Origin: Octopus bimaculoides
Lineage: Eukaryota
Length of the DNA stretch: 64,000 nt
Reading direction: 5' to 3'
Assembly: GCF_001194135.2 (NCBI RefSeq)
Contig: NC_068997.1
Coordinates: 37,850,984-37,914,983, forward strand
Shown: piece by piece, positions 51,498-63,957 of the stretch
Layout of the letters: each line of letters opens with the position of its first letter
Position numbering within the stretch: position 1 is the stretch's first letter
Notes under the pieces: generated by a model
Database searches by the model: none
What the model was told of the DNA's origin: nothing
Seen by the model: only the letters and a program-made list of their open reading frames with translations
Translations under genes and position numbers: made by a program

Positions 51498-52592
51498 GAG
51501 AAGCAATTCTTCCGAACGTTAGAAGGTGACAATGGGGAAAATCTTGCTCCTGATGCAAATCAAGCCAAGGAATTCTGAAGCGGATTATGGGGAAATAATG
51601 TGGTGCATAAAAGGGATGCAATGTGGCTAGGAACTATCAAGACAGAATTACAAGGCGGAAAGAAACACAGGAATATTATCATAAGTATGGGTGACGTGAA
51701 AGAACAAGTGGGCAAAGCGCCTAACTTCAAAGCCCCCGGGCACGAAGGGATTCATGGCTTTTGACTGAAGGGATGCTACGTGGTGCATGGAAGACTAGCA
51801 GCCCAATTGAATGAGTGTGTCCAGAAACGTACAGTCCCCGCGTGGTTGGTGGCTAGGAGGACAATACTTATAATGGAAGATAAAAGAAAGGGGAATATTG
51901 TGGAAAACGACTGTCCCATACCATATCGAAACATAATTTGGAGTGTGTGCGGCAAAGATATATACTTTCCTGGCACAGGAAAAAATACTACCAAGGTAAC
52001 AAAAAGGATGTAGGAAGAATTCTCAGAGTACCAAGGATCACCTGGTCATCGATAAAACACTTTTGAGGCATTATAAAAAACATCATATAAACATGTCTAT
52101 GGCTTGGATTGGCTTTAAGAAGGCATATGGTATGAGGCCTCATTCTTGGATCGTTGAATGCCTGCAGATGTTTGGTGTTGCTGACATCACACATTTTCTG
52201 ATGCATAACATGAAAGGGTAGAAAACCAAATTGTACTCAAGGAATGTATTCCTTGGAGAAGTTAATATTAATAGGGGAATCTTCCAAGGTAACTCGTTTC
52301 CTCCGTTCCTATTTGTAATTGCACTAATACCCATAACAATGACACTTAGGAAAGTTAAGATAGGTTACCGATGTGGGAAGAAAAGCCCTTCATTGAACCA
52401 TCTTCTGTTTATGGATGACCTTAAATTGTTTGGAAAATTTGAAAAACAGATAAATTCCTTAACCAAAACATTCCAGAAGTGTGGTAGGGACATCGGTATG
52501 GAATTCGGGGGTTACAAAATTATCAGTACTTAATATGAAAATACGGAAGAAAGCATCCTGCAGAGGATTTCGGTTATCATCGGGAGAGACCA
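51498..52592 (+). mobile_element. R4/Dong RT fragment (copy B family) starting at (AAT)n
   Basis: Closely similar to the reverse complement of about 6700-7800 (gaagcaattcttccgaacgttagaaggtgacaatg...; INRGIFQG; LNHLLFMDDLKLFG). Confidence 0.9.
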
Positions 52593-53345
52593 AGGGATTC
52601 TGGGCTGAAACAACACCGAAATTGTGCCGCATTGTTTGCCCCTCGCTATGTACTTGGTATCATTTCTGATGCACCTCATCGACGCTTTAATATCTACTTG
52701 GGCTATTAAAGCCGCTTTTTTCGTCTCTGCTGAAATGCATCTGAAAAGCACCGTTCTTTTCTCTATTGCTTCATGTGCCTCTGACGGAACAGATAGGTTG
52801 GCCCAGGTTTGTTCGTGTTTAATCAGTTTCCATGCCTGAGCCAACATTTTATCTCTGCTTGTGAGGTCCACAGTGAAGCGTTGCTTCCTTTTCGCTGCTG
52901 CTGCAGCGAACGTGTTTTTGTTGTTGGTAATATTGTTGCTGCTGCTGCCATTGTTGTTGTTGTAGCTGCTTTTGTTGGTGTTGTTTGTGTTGTTTTTTTT
53001 TTTTGCTGTTGATGTTGTCACTTTTGCTATTGTTGTTGTTGTTGTTGCCAGCGCTGCTGCCGCTGCTGTGGCTGTCTCTTTAGTTGTTGTTGCTACTACC
53101 ACTACTATTGCTGCTGCTGTTGTGACTCATACCGCTGTTGTTACTGCTACCACTGTTGTTACTGCGAAGTGAACTTTCTACTGTTCCACTCTCGTTTTTC
53201 TCCTTCCCTTCTGTATTGTTGCCAGTAACGGAGGGAAGGGGAGAGAAATCTTCAGCAGTCACCAGATTTGGAGGAGGAGCAGTTTTCTTTTTTCTCAAAT
53301 ATTTCAAAACGCGCTCCGCCATCTTGTTGAGTTGTATTTTATTAA
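52593..53345 (-). mobile_element. Possible L1/Tx1-type LINE 5' end (ORF1 N-terminal fragment)
   Basis: Starts caagatggcgg (L1/Tx1-like start) with MAERVLKYLRKKK. Low-complexity S/N/T/A linker, then FAAAAAKR...RTVLFR...TKYIARGKQCGTISVLF, possibly RRM-like. Confidence 0.4.
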
Positions 53346-53559
53346 ATTAAATTAAATGCCCGACGAACATATTTGGTAGACCGAATATAGCCCCTCGAGC
53401 GACTAAACAACCATAGAAAACCAGTAACAGGTTCCTGGTGTTTCTATTGACAACTTGGATTAAAACGAATAATGCAAAAAAAAACCAAACCGGTATAAAT
53501 ACATGTTTTAAGCTGCACCAACCTGGAGTGTTTGAAAACTTGTCCTATGTATTCCGCAG

Positions 53560-53562
<3 letters not shown>

Positions 53563-53604
<42 letters not shown>

Positions 53605-53615
53605 GTAATAATAAT
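53563..53615. repeat. (AAT)n microsatellite
   Basis: Near-pure run. Confidence 0.9.
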
Positions 53616-56600
53616 GGTAAACCTGTTGACCGCTCATGTATTTCTAGGCCACTTTGTATATTTAAACAGTTTACATAGATATAAACGTACAAATACCGTT
53701 ATAGATAAAGTAGATACATCAACACACACATACATACACACGTAGTAAATAATACTTTTAACAAACATAGTAAATTGTCTTTAATAATTAAATCCAGTGG
53801 TTAGAAAGCTCTCAAACATCTCAAGTTGGTGTTTTGCCAATGCTGCTGCTAGTTTTGCGGACACGTGTATAGCAACTGTGCTTTCTGTTCTACGCCACTA
53901 GTCTAATTCCTTTCATTTATGGTTACACAAGGGTTACAACTCCGGGAAGATTCATGGATTTCTAGGTTATCAAGACTTGCAATTTTATGGGGACTCCAAC
54001 CTATAATATGTTGGTTGGAGTCTTTATGAAGCTCCGCGCACAACATCCGCTAACGTTTTTTCGCAAAGGCGACGATGAGCTAATGTTGACCATCAATATC
54101 TTTGACTGACTTTTGCACGTTTTTCTTCATATATCGCTGGCTCACGCTATGGCCAGGTTTGTGATGTTCTAAATTCGTCTATTTCTTCGCTTCGCACTTT
54201 TCTAGATGGCAAGGCGCACATCGGCCAAAATTTTCCCCAACTGTTGTATTCATGTTATATTAAAAATCTTTCCGCTTTTTATAAAGAAGGAATAGCTGCT
54301 CGCTAATGATTTTGTGGAAAAGAGGCATTGTTTCTGTTAACATTCCTCTTTCGTATTCTTATCCATGTGCTGATCTATACTGAGTTCTTTCTTCTGATTA
54401 GCAATCCTAGTAAAACTGCAGCTATCGATCTTACGTTATTAGAAATCTCGCTGTTGCCTTCATTCGTGTAAATGTCAGTTGTTTCTGTCTCTTCATTTCC
54501 ATAACTCTCCTTTTACTCTCTGTTCCTTTATAAAACAGTAATACTTTGTGCGATAGTTTAAAGTTTCTCTTTGGTGACATAATCGGTACTACCTCATCTA
54601 TTTTAAATTGGTATTAAACAATATTCTATTAAAATGTCTAAATGGTAGGAAACTCATTTCATGGAAGTTAGAAAGTTACATGGGAGAGACAAAGAGGATG
54701 GGATAGATTTTAAAAATTACTACAGTAAAAGCAATTTTGCAAAAGATGTGATTTTGATGATGAAGGGATTAAAATTAAGTGTACCAAAAGGAAATCTGTA
54801 TAACAAAGCTATATTCTTCAGAGTGGTGTCGTTAACAACATAGAATAGCAGAAATCAAAATGGAACACTGAAAACTACAAAGAAAAAAATCGGAAGAAAA
54901 ATTCTGCACAATTCGACATCGATAAATTAACACAAACTAAGACATGGTAGGTACGGTTTTAACTATACAGAACTATGTCTAACCATAAAAAAAACTTTCA
55001 AAACCTTTAGAAACTGAATAGTGAAAGAAGACTTTGAATCCATCATAAAGAACTAATTGTCTGGTGCTTCAATTTTGTTATACGATCTGCTAAATTTCTC
55101 TGATATCATATCCTTCCTTCTTAACGTATAGAACAAAAGACATTAAACACTGTGATCCTAGATGCTTATATTATCACGGCGATAAAATCACGCCTGGAAT
55201 ATCTTTGATCATTGTTATACTTCATCAGGGTTGAAATTTAAAAAAATAGCAGCGATTAGACCATTTCAATACTCACAGCATCAAATTATAGATACGGACA
55301 AAGAGGGCGGGCAACTATGTACATTGAACAATATGCTATTACTTCGATATGAAAAATGTGAATAAGTGGCATACGTGTACAACAAGCTAGATATGACCTG
55401 GCTACAATCATATGACCTGGCTACAATCATATGGTACACCCATGTCAAGACTCGAAAGCTGATCAATGAGTGATCTGCTTAGATATGATAATCACGGATA
55501 AGTTATAGCTAGAATGTCTTTGTTCACATACTAAACAGCAATGAGAGAATGGTTATAAAATTTACGTCGCAATCATAAAGTGCTGAGTTCAATCTCACTT
55601 CGCTGAAGTTGGACCTTCTTTCATAAATTCTGGTCACCTTGTGAGTAAAAGTGGGTTGCTGGAGATTGTGTGGAATCCTGTTATACGGATTATATCTGTA
55701 ATTTAATTCAAAATGCGAGCTTTGCCCCCACACTTTTTAAACGTCGAATCTAATTGAAGATTACGTTCAACGTATTCTTAAAACAGAATCAGAGTTACAC
55801 ATGTGTCTGTGGAATATTCAGTCACCTTAAGTCTATTACACTGAGTAGATGGTTTAGATTATCGATATATAGAAATTATAAGTACCCATCGTCGAAATTG
55901 AAGGATGATCCACCCACTTCCTTTAGTTGCAAAATTAATACAATGGCGAAGACTATCCTGTCTGGGTTTACTTAACTATAAAATTCAAAAATGAACAAAT
56001 CTTTAGGCCAAACAGACACACTATATGCTAATTATTTACACTACACAAAACACAGCGTTCTACTGAATGGTGGAAGGTGAAAAACTATAACTTAGACAAC
56101 AGAGAAACACGACATAACCTAAATACATTGAAAGCTTCGGTTTATATGTCAACTAGAGTATAGCTGGGCTTCGCAACAATAGCAGCAGTTACACAAGTTA
56201 TTGACATCCACTAAAATATAGGTCAAGCTGAATAATGCTGTCATTTGAAATCCATATTCATTTCTGAGAAATTTCACACAGTAAGTAAAATATTCATTTA
56301 TATAGTAGATTCAAATGCGATGAAACAAATTAGAGACGTATTTCTCCTGCCATTGGATTGTATATCTCTTCTCTACTCTTTAGGTTATTCGTACGAATAA
56401 CTTTTAATGTTTAAGTAGATTCAGTATACAGTGTTATTGTTCTAACGAACTGCATTTGTTTCTACAACTTAATGAATTTTACACTATGCAGAGAAACATT
56501 AGACCTACGTAACCTGTTTTGTTAGAGCTTAGACATACATTCATGAGCACATTTATAAACATGTATGTGTGTGTGCGTGCGCGCGCGCGCGTGTGTATGC

Positions 56601-56759
56601 ACTTAAACATTTACAGTTCAATTTTACAAAAGCATACGGATATCATACATATGACGCTGCAAGTATTGTGCATTATCATGCTATTAGGCCATCCGATAAG
56701 TATTGTCTGAATTGTGGGTAAGGAAAGAAAGTGATCTAATTTTACATATTAAAATTTCA

Positions 56760-57300
56760 TCTTGTATCTAATTCCCATCAGTATTGATGGCTTTCTACCA
56801 TCTACTCATCAATGTTTTAATTTCATTGGTGAATAACTCATTTGGTTTTGATGAGAAGGAAGACTGGTCAGTTTTAACCTTTTTGGGGGTTCTGAGTAGT
56901 AATTCACCTAAATGATTCAGTAAGCTGCGAACCAATTGGTAATCAGAAAGAACGCGGTCCGGGGAATAAGGGGGTGAGGGACTTTTTTTCCCAGCCAAGT
57001 TCTTCGATTTTTTTTGTGATGTAATATTTCCAGTATAAAGCCTTGCATTACCATTGTGAAAAACCACTCCCTTACAATTCACTAAAGCAGGCCTTGTTTT
57101 CTTCAAAGCAGCATCGAAACGATCTAATTATTGGCAATAGGTGTGAGCTGTAATTGTTGCATTAGTTGGTAACAGCTCAAAGTGGACGACTCCAATGTAA
57201 TCCCACCAAACAGAAAGAACAGTTTTTTTGCATGGAGGTCCTCAATGGGTTGTGGTTTAACCTGTCCCCCATAACGAAGCCATTGCCTGTATGACTTAAC
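56760..57300 (-). mobile_element. Mariner (DD34D) remnant
   Basis: VLSVWWDYIGV, VFHNGNARLYT and PPYSPDRVLSDYQLVRSL motifs. Confidence 0.8.
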
Positions 57301-57399
57301 ATTTTTATACTGTTAATTCTTTAATATGATGGATAAAACACAAACTATCATACACATACTTTCATATACACGGAACAAATTTCCGCTTGCGAGAACGTC

Positions 57400-58191
57400 T
57401 GAAATGTTTCATGTCTACACAATCTTTTGAATACTCCAACAGTAGCCTGCCATCATGTATGTGTTCCATCGGCCTTGATATCTCTCCTCCATAATCTTTA
57501 TTGCTTGATGAAAATGCTCACCATGCTCATCGCTCATGTCTCCGAGTTTAGGAGGAAATTCATCGAGATGGCCAATGAAGTTTTATGCTCATGTTGCAAT
57601 CTAAACGATGAAAGCTTTCAAATAATGTCTCCACCAAATCTTAGTAGTTTGCAGCATTTTCACTCCTCCAAAATCCTTTCACAACAGCCACAAATGAATC
57701 CTATTCTATTTTTTCAACATCAGTCATGGAGCTCGAGAAATTCTGGCATTTCTTTAACTTTCTAATTTGTAGCCCATCACAAACAGCAGACGTTAATCTA
57801 TCATAACTTAGGCCAAGAAGTGTTATACCTATGAATTTGAAACAGTTACCCTCTACATTAAGAGCTTTAACAAATTATCTCATTTGTCATAATTGTATAT
57901 GAAACGATGGGAAAATGATTTTCTCTCGCTCAACAAGTGGTTGGTGTATGATATTCTTCTCCCCAACAGTCAAACTTTACCAGACTGGTTAGAATTTCTG
58001 TTCCCAATGTTTGCCACTCGCTCGGCTATCCCATAAACACGGGAAACACAGATATTTTGTATACCCTCCTTGTTGGCCAAGTAAAAAGTTGACCATTTTT
58101 AGATCCACACAAATGACCCATTTGTGTTCATCATACTTGAGTAAATCTAATATAACTTTTATATGATCATAATTCTCTTTTAAATGTACAA
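57400..58191 (-). mobile_element. Chapaev3-like transposase, C-terminal half
   Basis: VHLKENYDHIKVILDLLKYDEHKWVICVDLKMVNFLLGQQGGYTKYLC...CLWDSRA, and GDMSDEHGEHFHQAIKIMEERYQGRWNTYMMAGYCWSI. Confidence 0.8.
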
Positions 58192-58323
58192 AGAATTATG
58201 ATCACATAAAAGTTGTATTAGATTTACTCAAGTATGAAGAACACAAATAGGTCATTTGTGTGGATCTAAAAATGGTCAACTTTTTACTTGGCCAACAAGG
58301 AGGGTATACAAAATATCTGTGTT
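58045..58323. repeat. Near-perfect inverted repeat, 132-bp arms, 15-nt loop
   Basis: 58045-58176 vs 58192-58323 match at 128 of 132 positions. Confidence 0.95.
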
Positions 58324-58519
58324 ACCAATAGGAAGCGCAGTAAACAAGTTTCCATGATGGAGTAATACGCATCTTAGACTTTTGTTTGAACTGTCTATAA
58401 AGAGTCTCTATTTACTAGGATCATACTGTTCAGCACTCATACTCATACTCATACTCATACTCATACTGTTCAGCACCCATCGCATTTAACAGTCTTGCCA
58501 CGTCACAATAATAGTAAAC

Positions 58520-59203
58520 AAAATCTTTTCTAGTTCTAAGTTTCGTACCGAATAGTGATGGGTTCTCTATAAAAATGTCAAGCGCCAAAGACAGTGGGCA
58601 GGGAAAGGAGAAACACCGGCACCCCAGACTAAACAAGGTTTTCAACCACGTAAGGTGTTGGTATCTGTTTGGTGGGATATGAAATGTTTAGTCCACTTTG
58701 AACTTTTAAACCCCAAAACAAACGATAATAAGGGCGATCTACTGCGAACAGCTTGAGCGGCTTAAGTCAGCGCTAAAAGACAAACGACCATCTTTGGTTT
58801 CAAGACGAAAGGTGTTCTTCCGTCAGGATAATGCTTGACCACATATAGCGAGGATGACATTACAAAGGCTGGGGCAGTTTGAATAGGAAACTATGCCCCA
58901 TCCACCGTATTCACCGGACATTGCCCCATATGATTATCATTTATTCTGCAATCTTCAAAATCATTTGGACGGGAAAAAATATGAATTCTGTAGATGAGGT
59001 CAGAACAGTACTGGAGGAGTATTTTTCGTCACGGACAAGTGAATTATGGAAGAGAAGCCTTGTACGTCTACCAGATAGATAGAAGAGCATGGTAGAAGAT
59101 GAAGGAGAGTATATTTTAGATTATAAAAGAACTTCGTTTATCTTAATTTTGAAAAATAAAAGAAGTAAAAAAAAAAACGCATTATTTATGGGATGACTTA
59201 ATA
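58520..59203 (+). mobile_element. Mariner (DD34D) 3' half with right TIR
   Basis: KVLVSVWWDMK, FRQDNA*PH, PHPPYSPDIAPYDYHLF. The terminus cgcattatttatgggatgacttaa is followed by TA. Confidence 0.85.
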
Positions 59204-59399
59204 TATTCAAGTGTGTTACTTTAACATTACATTTGAAATAATTCATGCTGTTTTTTAAAAATTTCTTGACCTATTTCAATTTTCATTTTCCTAGAGGCTG
59301 ATGAACATATTAATTATATTTATTTTCATATTTAATCAATTCTTAATGTTTTTTTTAAAATTCAACTTCTGCTACACAAGCAGAAAATAGAATTCGTTA

Positions 59400-62300
59400 A
59401 TGCCATATTATTGTCGCTAAAGAATATAACAGGGGTGTTTCACCTGTTTCTATATGATTATCTAAGAGAAAAGCTAATGTGTAAGGTCTGTATATGCATT
59501 TCGTTCTCTTTGCATATCTATTCCACGATTTCAATCAGGTGAATAACCAAAGTAATTCAGCTGATCTAATGAATCTTCATGAATTTTCGCACTCCTTGAA
59601 AGTTTGATATGGTTAAACCTCTTACACCTAGAAACATCATCTAACAGTTTTTATGTGAATTAGTATTCTTTCGAACCTGATATTAGATAATGTTTACTAT
59701 AAGATATACGTTTGTCTCAATTTGTAACGTAATAAAATCTTGATACATATTTTTGTTTTGATTAATGTTCCCCAAAGGCACTGCAAATAAAACTCATTAA
59801 TAACGATATGAGAGCAATTATTTTACATGAAATATATTTATTTCATCTTTCTAACTTTATTAACAATGTAAAGCCGAATTTATAAACAAATGGCAACTGA
59901 TAACAAAATATACAAGAAAAAGAAACAGGATCACGTTTAGTCAATCATTTTGTTTGAAAAGTTTCAGTTTCAGCACTTCTTCATGCTATTCCTTTATTGT
60001 CTGATGAAACATTTAATTCGTCCAATATTGCAACTTAAGTTAGCTGAAGAACTGTAATATTCTTCATTATTGAAACAAAATTTAACATTGCTGTACATTG
60101 AAAGTGTATGGTATTCGCAAAAGAAGTTTATAAAACTATTTTCAAATGAGTGTACTGTATCACTATTACAACATAGATGAAAAATAATGAAAACTAAAAT
60201 ATACACACTAGCCATAACTAATTTTGTTTTAAAACAATTTTGTTGTTTTTTTCCATTTTGAATATTTGGTAAAATAGAAGATAATGCATATAAATACAAG
60301 AATGTAAACACAAGCATATTGAATAATTTATGAAGAAATAGAAAACAAATTATTCTAGAGCTGGAAATCAAAAATATGAACTAAAGCAATGAGTTGTAAA
60401 TCGCAAATGTTTCAAATTCCATAAACATGAGTTATCGGTACCAATTAAGATCACAACTATAGGTGACATCTGAGGTCATATTTAACAGTTTTATTCAAAT
60501 TCACATTATCAAAATATAAGTGGTCTAAGTGAATTATGAAATATTTTAGTAACGGTACAATAGGAGACAATAACAACAGAAAATAATATGAGTATAGAAA
60601 AGAAGGTGACTATTAAATTTCTAGTAAATATTTAAATTTGAAAGCATCATCATTAACGTTAACGTTATTTGGACTATGGGTAATAAATATGGTAAAATGT
60701 GTAAGGAGAGTATATAAAGAAATCTCTTTATAAACATAAAGTCGTGTCTCACCATGCAAAGCATTGTCAGTGAAATATATACAAAGTTTTATATCAGTCA
60801 CAATTATATTCTATAGGGTGAGGCAGAGAGGACAGACGTTTTTGAAATGGCTATTACTCAGCCCCGGGGTGGGGTAATATGTCCGATAGGTACCATTCGG
60901 TCCGTGGTGTCTTAGTATTTTGCGTATTTTTAGGTGAAGCCATGGAGCTGTGGACAATACAGCATCGTGTCTTTGCCTACGACAGTTACGTGAAGAATAA
61001 TGAGTCTGTCACAGCAGTTTAGCATGAGTTTCGGTGCCACTTCAACATTCACCGAAATCAAGCTGTTCCCACCCGTAACACAATCGTACGCTGGGTGAAT
61101 GCACTTCGTACAAGCTTTGATACGGAATCCGAATCGCTCTGCTCGGAGATATTCCACTGAATTTGGCATCGGTAATCGATCGGTAATGCGTATTTTGCAT
61201 GAAAATCAGCATTTCCACCCGTACAAAGTGGTCATTGGGCAGCAGTTGAAACCATAGGATTATGCACCGAGCAATGTTGGAGAGAGTGGAAACCAACTTC
61301 CAAGAATGCCTTCAGAAATGCATCAATGAAAACGGACACCACATAACGGATGTAATTATTCACACTTAATTTTGACAAATGCTAATTCAATACAAACACA
61401 ATTATGTCAATAAAATTTGCTTGCAGTTAAAATTAATAATTTTGTAAATTTTTCAAAAATGTCCCTCTTCTCTGCCCCACCCTGTATAAGGTTTAATTTG
61501 GTCACGGGAAATTAATCAAAGATGGCAAGCTGTGTAGGAGATGGGAAGTTACGAAATATTGACATTCGATAGAACAATATACAAGAAAATATATGAAATT
61601 GTATTTATTCCGTTCTAAGCGGATAAGATTAAGTAAATATTTATTAACTATATAGAAAATATTTGTAATTTGAGCAGCATTATGCAGGAAAGATGCATTT
61701 TGTAATGCAGTTATTGAACCATATAGTGAATGCAGAATACGTTTTCGTGTACTGCAATGGTAAGGCATAAACTTAGATATAAACCACACAGTTTGGTGGT
61801 TTATTTGGTGCAAGAACGTTTGATAGCATAAAAGTCATAGCTCTAATAGCTGATATTCATTAAAGAACACTTTATTGGCCCATAATTTGAATAGATTGTG
61901 TTTCAGTGAAGACTATTCTAAAGTTGGTTTCATTAATTTGAACTGGACGAAGTTGAAATTTACTCGATTTGTGTAATTGTGTAAAATCTAGTCAAGTGGA
62001 TGTAATAAAAGAGAAGATAGCAGCAGCTACGTTGGAAGTTAGCATTTCAACATAAGCGTCCCTCTATAGAATTGAGGACATAGTATTGTCGAAATACATG
62101 TAACAGTATCGATATACGTAGCTAGACAATCATATGGGTTTCGAATAGTCACCCGATAACTATCAGTGACCTATGACTTATCCCAAAGGGTGAAAGGCAC
62201 AGAGAGGAAACAAAATATCATTCCTCGGAGGATTAGTGGGAGTAATATATTCATTAAAAAAAATCTCACACTAAACTCCATCTAAATTTATATATATAAA

Positions 62301-62800
62301 AAAAAAACTAAAACTATTATTCTCTTAGTCACATTCTTCAGTTTGTCTTAATTCTACTCGAGATAAACCGATTGAAGATAAATTTTATAAGTCATTGCTT
62401 TCAATCTTTTGTAAAAGTTTGGTAAGTCTCATTTTGACGGTTTTGTCGTATCCAAAGCACTGGATATTTAATGCAAACATAACTGTAATGTGATCATCAT
62501 ATTTGAGTTCATTTTATGAAAACATTTGAATTCTTTGAAGGAAGTGCTTAGCAAGAATCTCAGTCGTACCAGTAACATTAATCAATACTATTATAATCAT
62601 TATCGTTTCTGCCAAGAATTTTTGCTGTTATTAACCATATTTAACAGGCTTAAAACCTCAGCTAAATATAATTGTTAGATGCTTAGCTTATGGATGTTTC
62701 ATTATGTAAGCAGTGACTAGCAATACAGTCAGTATAGTGTCAAGACTATAACCAATGTCAACCCTTTTCTCTATTATAATAGGTGCAATGTTTCTTACGA
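59400..62800 (-). pseudogene. Possible decayed LRR-containing GPCR (GRL101/LGR-like), interrupted by the 60814-61484 transposon
   Basis: Collinear fragments with stops and frameshifts: LRR-like LLQKIESNDL*NLSSIGL, TVWFISKF, LLNLIRLER, a TM5-like IVTFFSILILFSVVIVSYCTVTKIF, and a TM6-like VVILIGTDNSCLW. Recognised by eye only. Confidence 0.3.
60814..61484 (+). mobile_element. Internally deleted Tc1/mariner-superfamily element (DUF4817-type HTH) with TIRs and TA TSD
   Basis: TIRs tagggtgaggcagagagg / rc cagggtggggcagagaag with TA on both sides. MELWTIQHRVFAYDSYVKNNESVTAV*HEFRCHFNIHRNQAVPTRNTIVRWV, then FHPYK and a C-terminal NFQECLQKCINENGHH. Confidence 0.8.
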
Positions 62801-62974
62801 TTTAACAATTGTTTTACAACCAATTCCTGTTCTTTACATAACCTGCCTACCTTTTGAAAAATATTTTCTTTCGATAGTATAAACCATACTACAATGTGAA
62901 GTTAATTTATTGTTTGTAACTGATAACTTAGTAGCTAGATTGTATGTTGTGTTAGTTTAGAAATAACGGTAATT

Positions 62975-63184
62975 CTTTCTCTTATAGGCACAAAGCCCGA
63001 AATTTGGGTGCGGAGGCAAGTCGATTACATCGACTACAGTGCTCAACTGGTACTTATATTATTGACCCAGAAAGGATGAAAAGCAAAGCCGATCTGGGTG
63101 GAATTTGATCTCAGAACGTAATGACGGACGAAATTCTGCTAAGCATTTTGCCTGGCGCACTAACAGTTTTGCCAGCTCACCACC

Positions 63185-63186
<2 letters not shown>
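62975..63186 (-). mobile_element. tRNA-derived SINE family 2
   Basis: rc aaggtggtgagctggcaaaactgttagtgcgccaggcaaaatgcttagc...gttctgagatcaaattcc...cttttcatcctttctgggtcaataa...taagtaccagttgagcac. Confidence 0.8.
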
Positions 63187-63253
<67 letters not shown>

Positions 63254-63256
<3 letters not shown>

Positions 63257-63797
63257 GCCCTGATGCAGTACCAGACAGTGGCTCTCATGGCATTTGATTG
63301 GAAGTGTTATCATGTACATTGTTTTGTCTTTGTATAAAAGATGGGCTATAGCAAATATTCTGCTCAATACCACAGATTTGCTTGTTACTTGTTTGACCTT
63401 AACCAATTGAGTATGTCCATCAGTGGCTGACAATATATGCATCTCTGACCACAAGCAGAAGTAGTGAGGGAGCACCATAGCCATGTGTTGAGAGGAATTC
63501 TTTGGGGTTTGAATAATTTACCTCAGGAGACATGGGTGTTTTGTTCATCATTCCCAAACAAACCTTATTCAGAGAACTTTGGGTGGTATGGGCTATTCAA
63601 CATGAAAAATATTCTAACTGGACCCCACCTGCAAGATCATGCTATGTTTATCTTGAGATGTGATCACCATGTCGCGAACATATGGTTGTGATATATGTGC
63701 CTGGTGTACCCTTATCAGATAGGTAGCGGTGATGGGTATACTGGGCTTCGTATTATTTACCCCAGTGTCACTTTGATGGCATGCGCTGCTCCCGTTC
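63254..63797 (+). mobile_element. Non-coding (AAT)n-flanked element, copy 3 (longest)
   Basis: Lies between (AAT)n 63187-63253 and (AAT)n 63798-64000. Homologous to 2323-2791 and 47941-48164. Confidence 0.85.
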
Positions 63798-63845
<48 letters not shown>

Positions 63846-63871
63846 AATAACGATAATAACGATAATAATAA

Positions 63872-63902
<31 letters not shown>

Positions 63903-63921
63903 AATAATAACGATAATAACG

Positions 63922-63956
<35 letters not shown>

Positions 63957-63957
63957 G

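Noticed and set aside
53780-54500. Protein-like minus-strand fragments, possibly a decayed DNA transposase
   Set aside because: They contain multiple stops and no motif I could assign to a family.
55389-55432. 19-bp direct duplication (atatgacctggctacaatc x2); also (CATACT)n at 58422-58472
   Set aside because: Ordinary slippage duplications.
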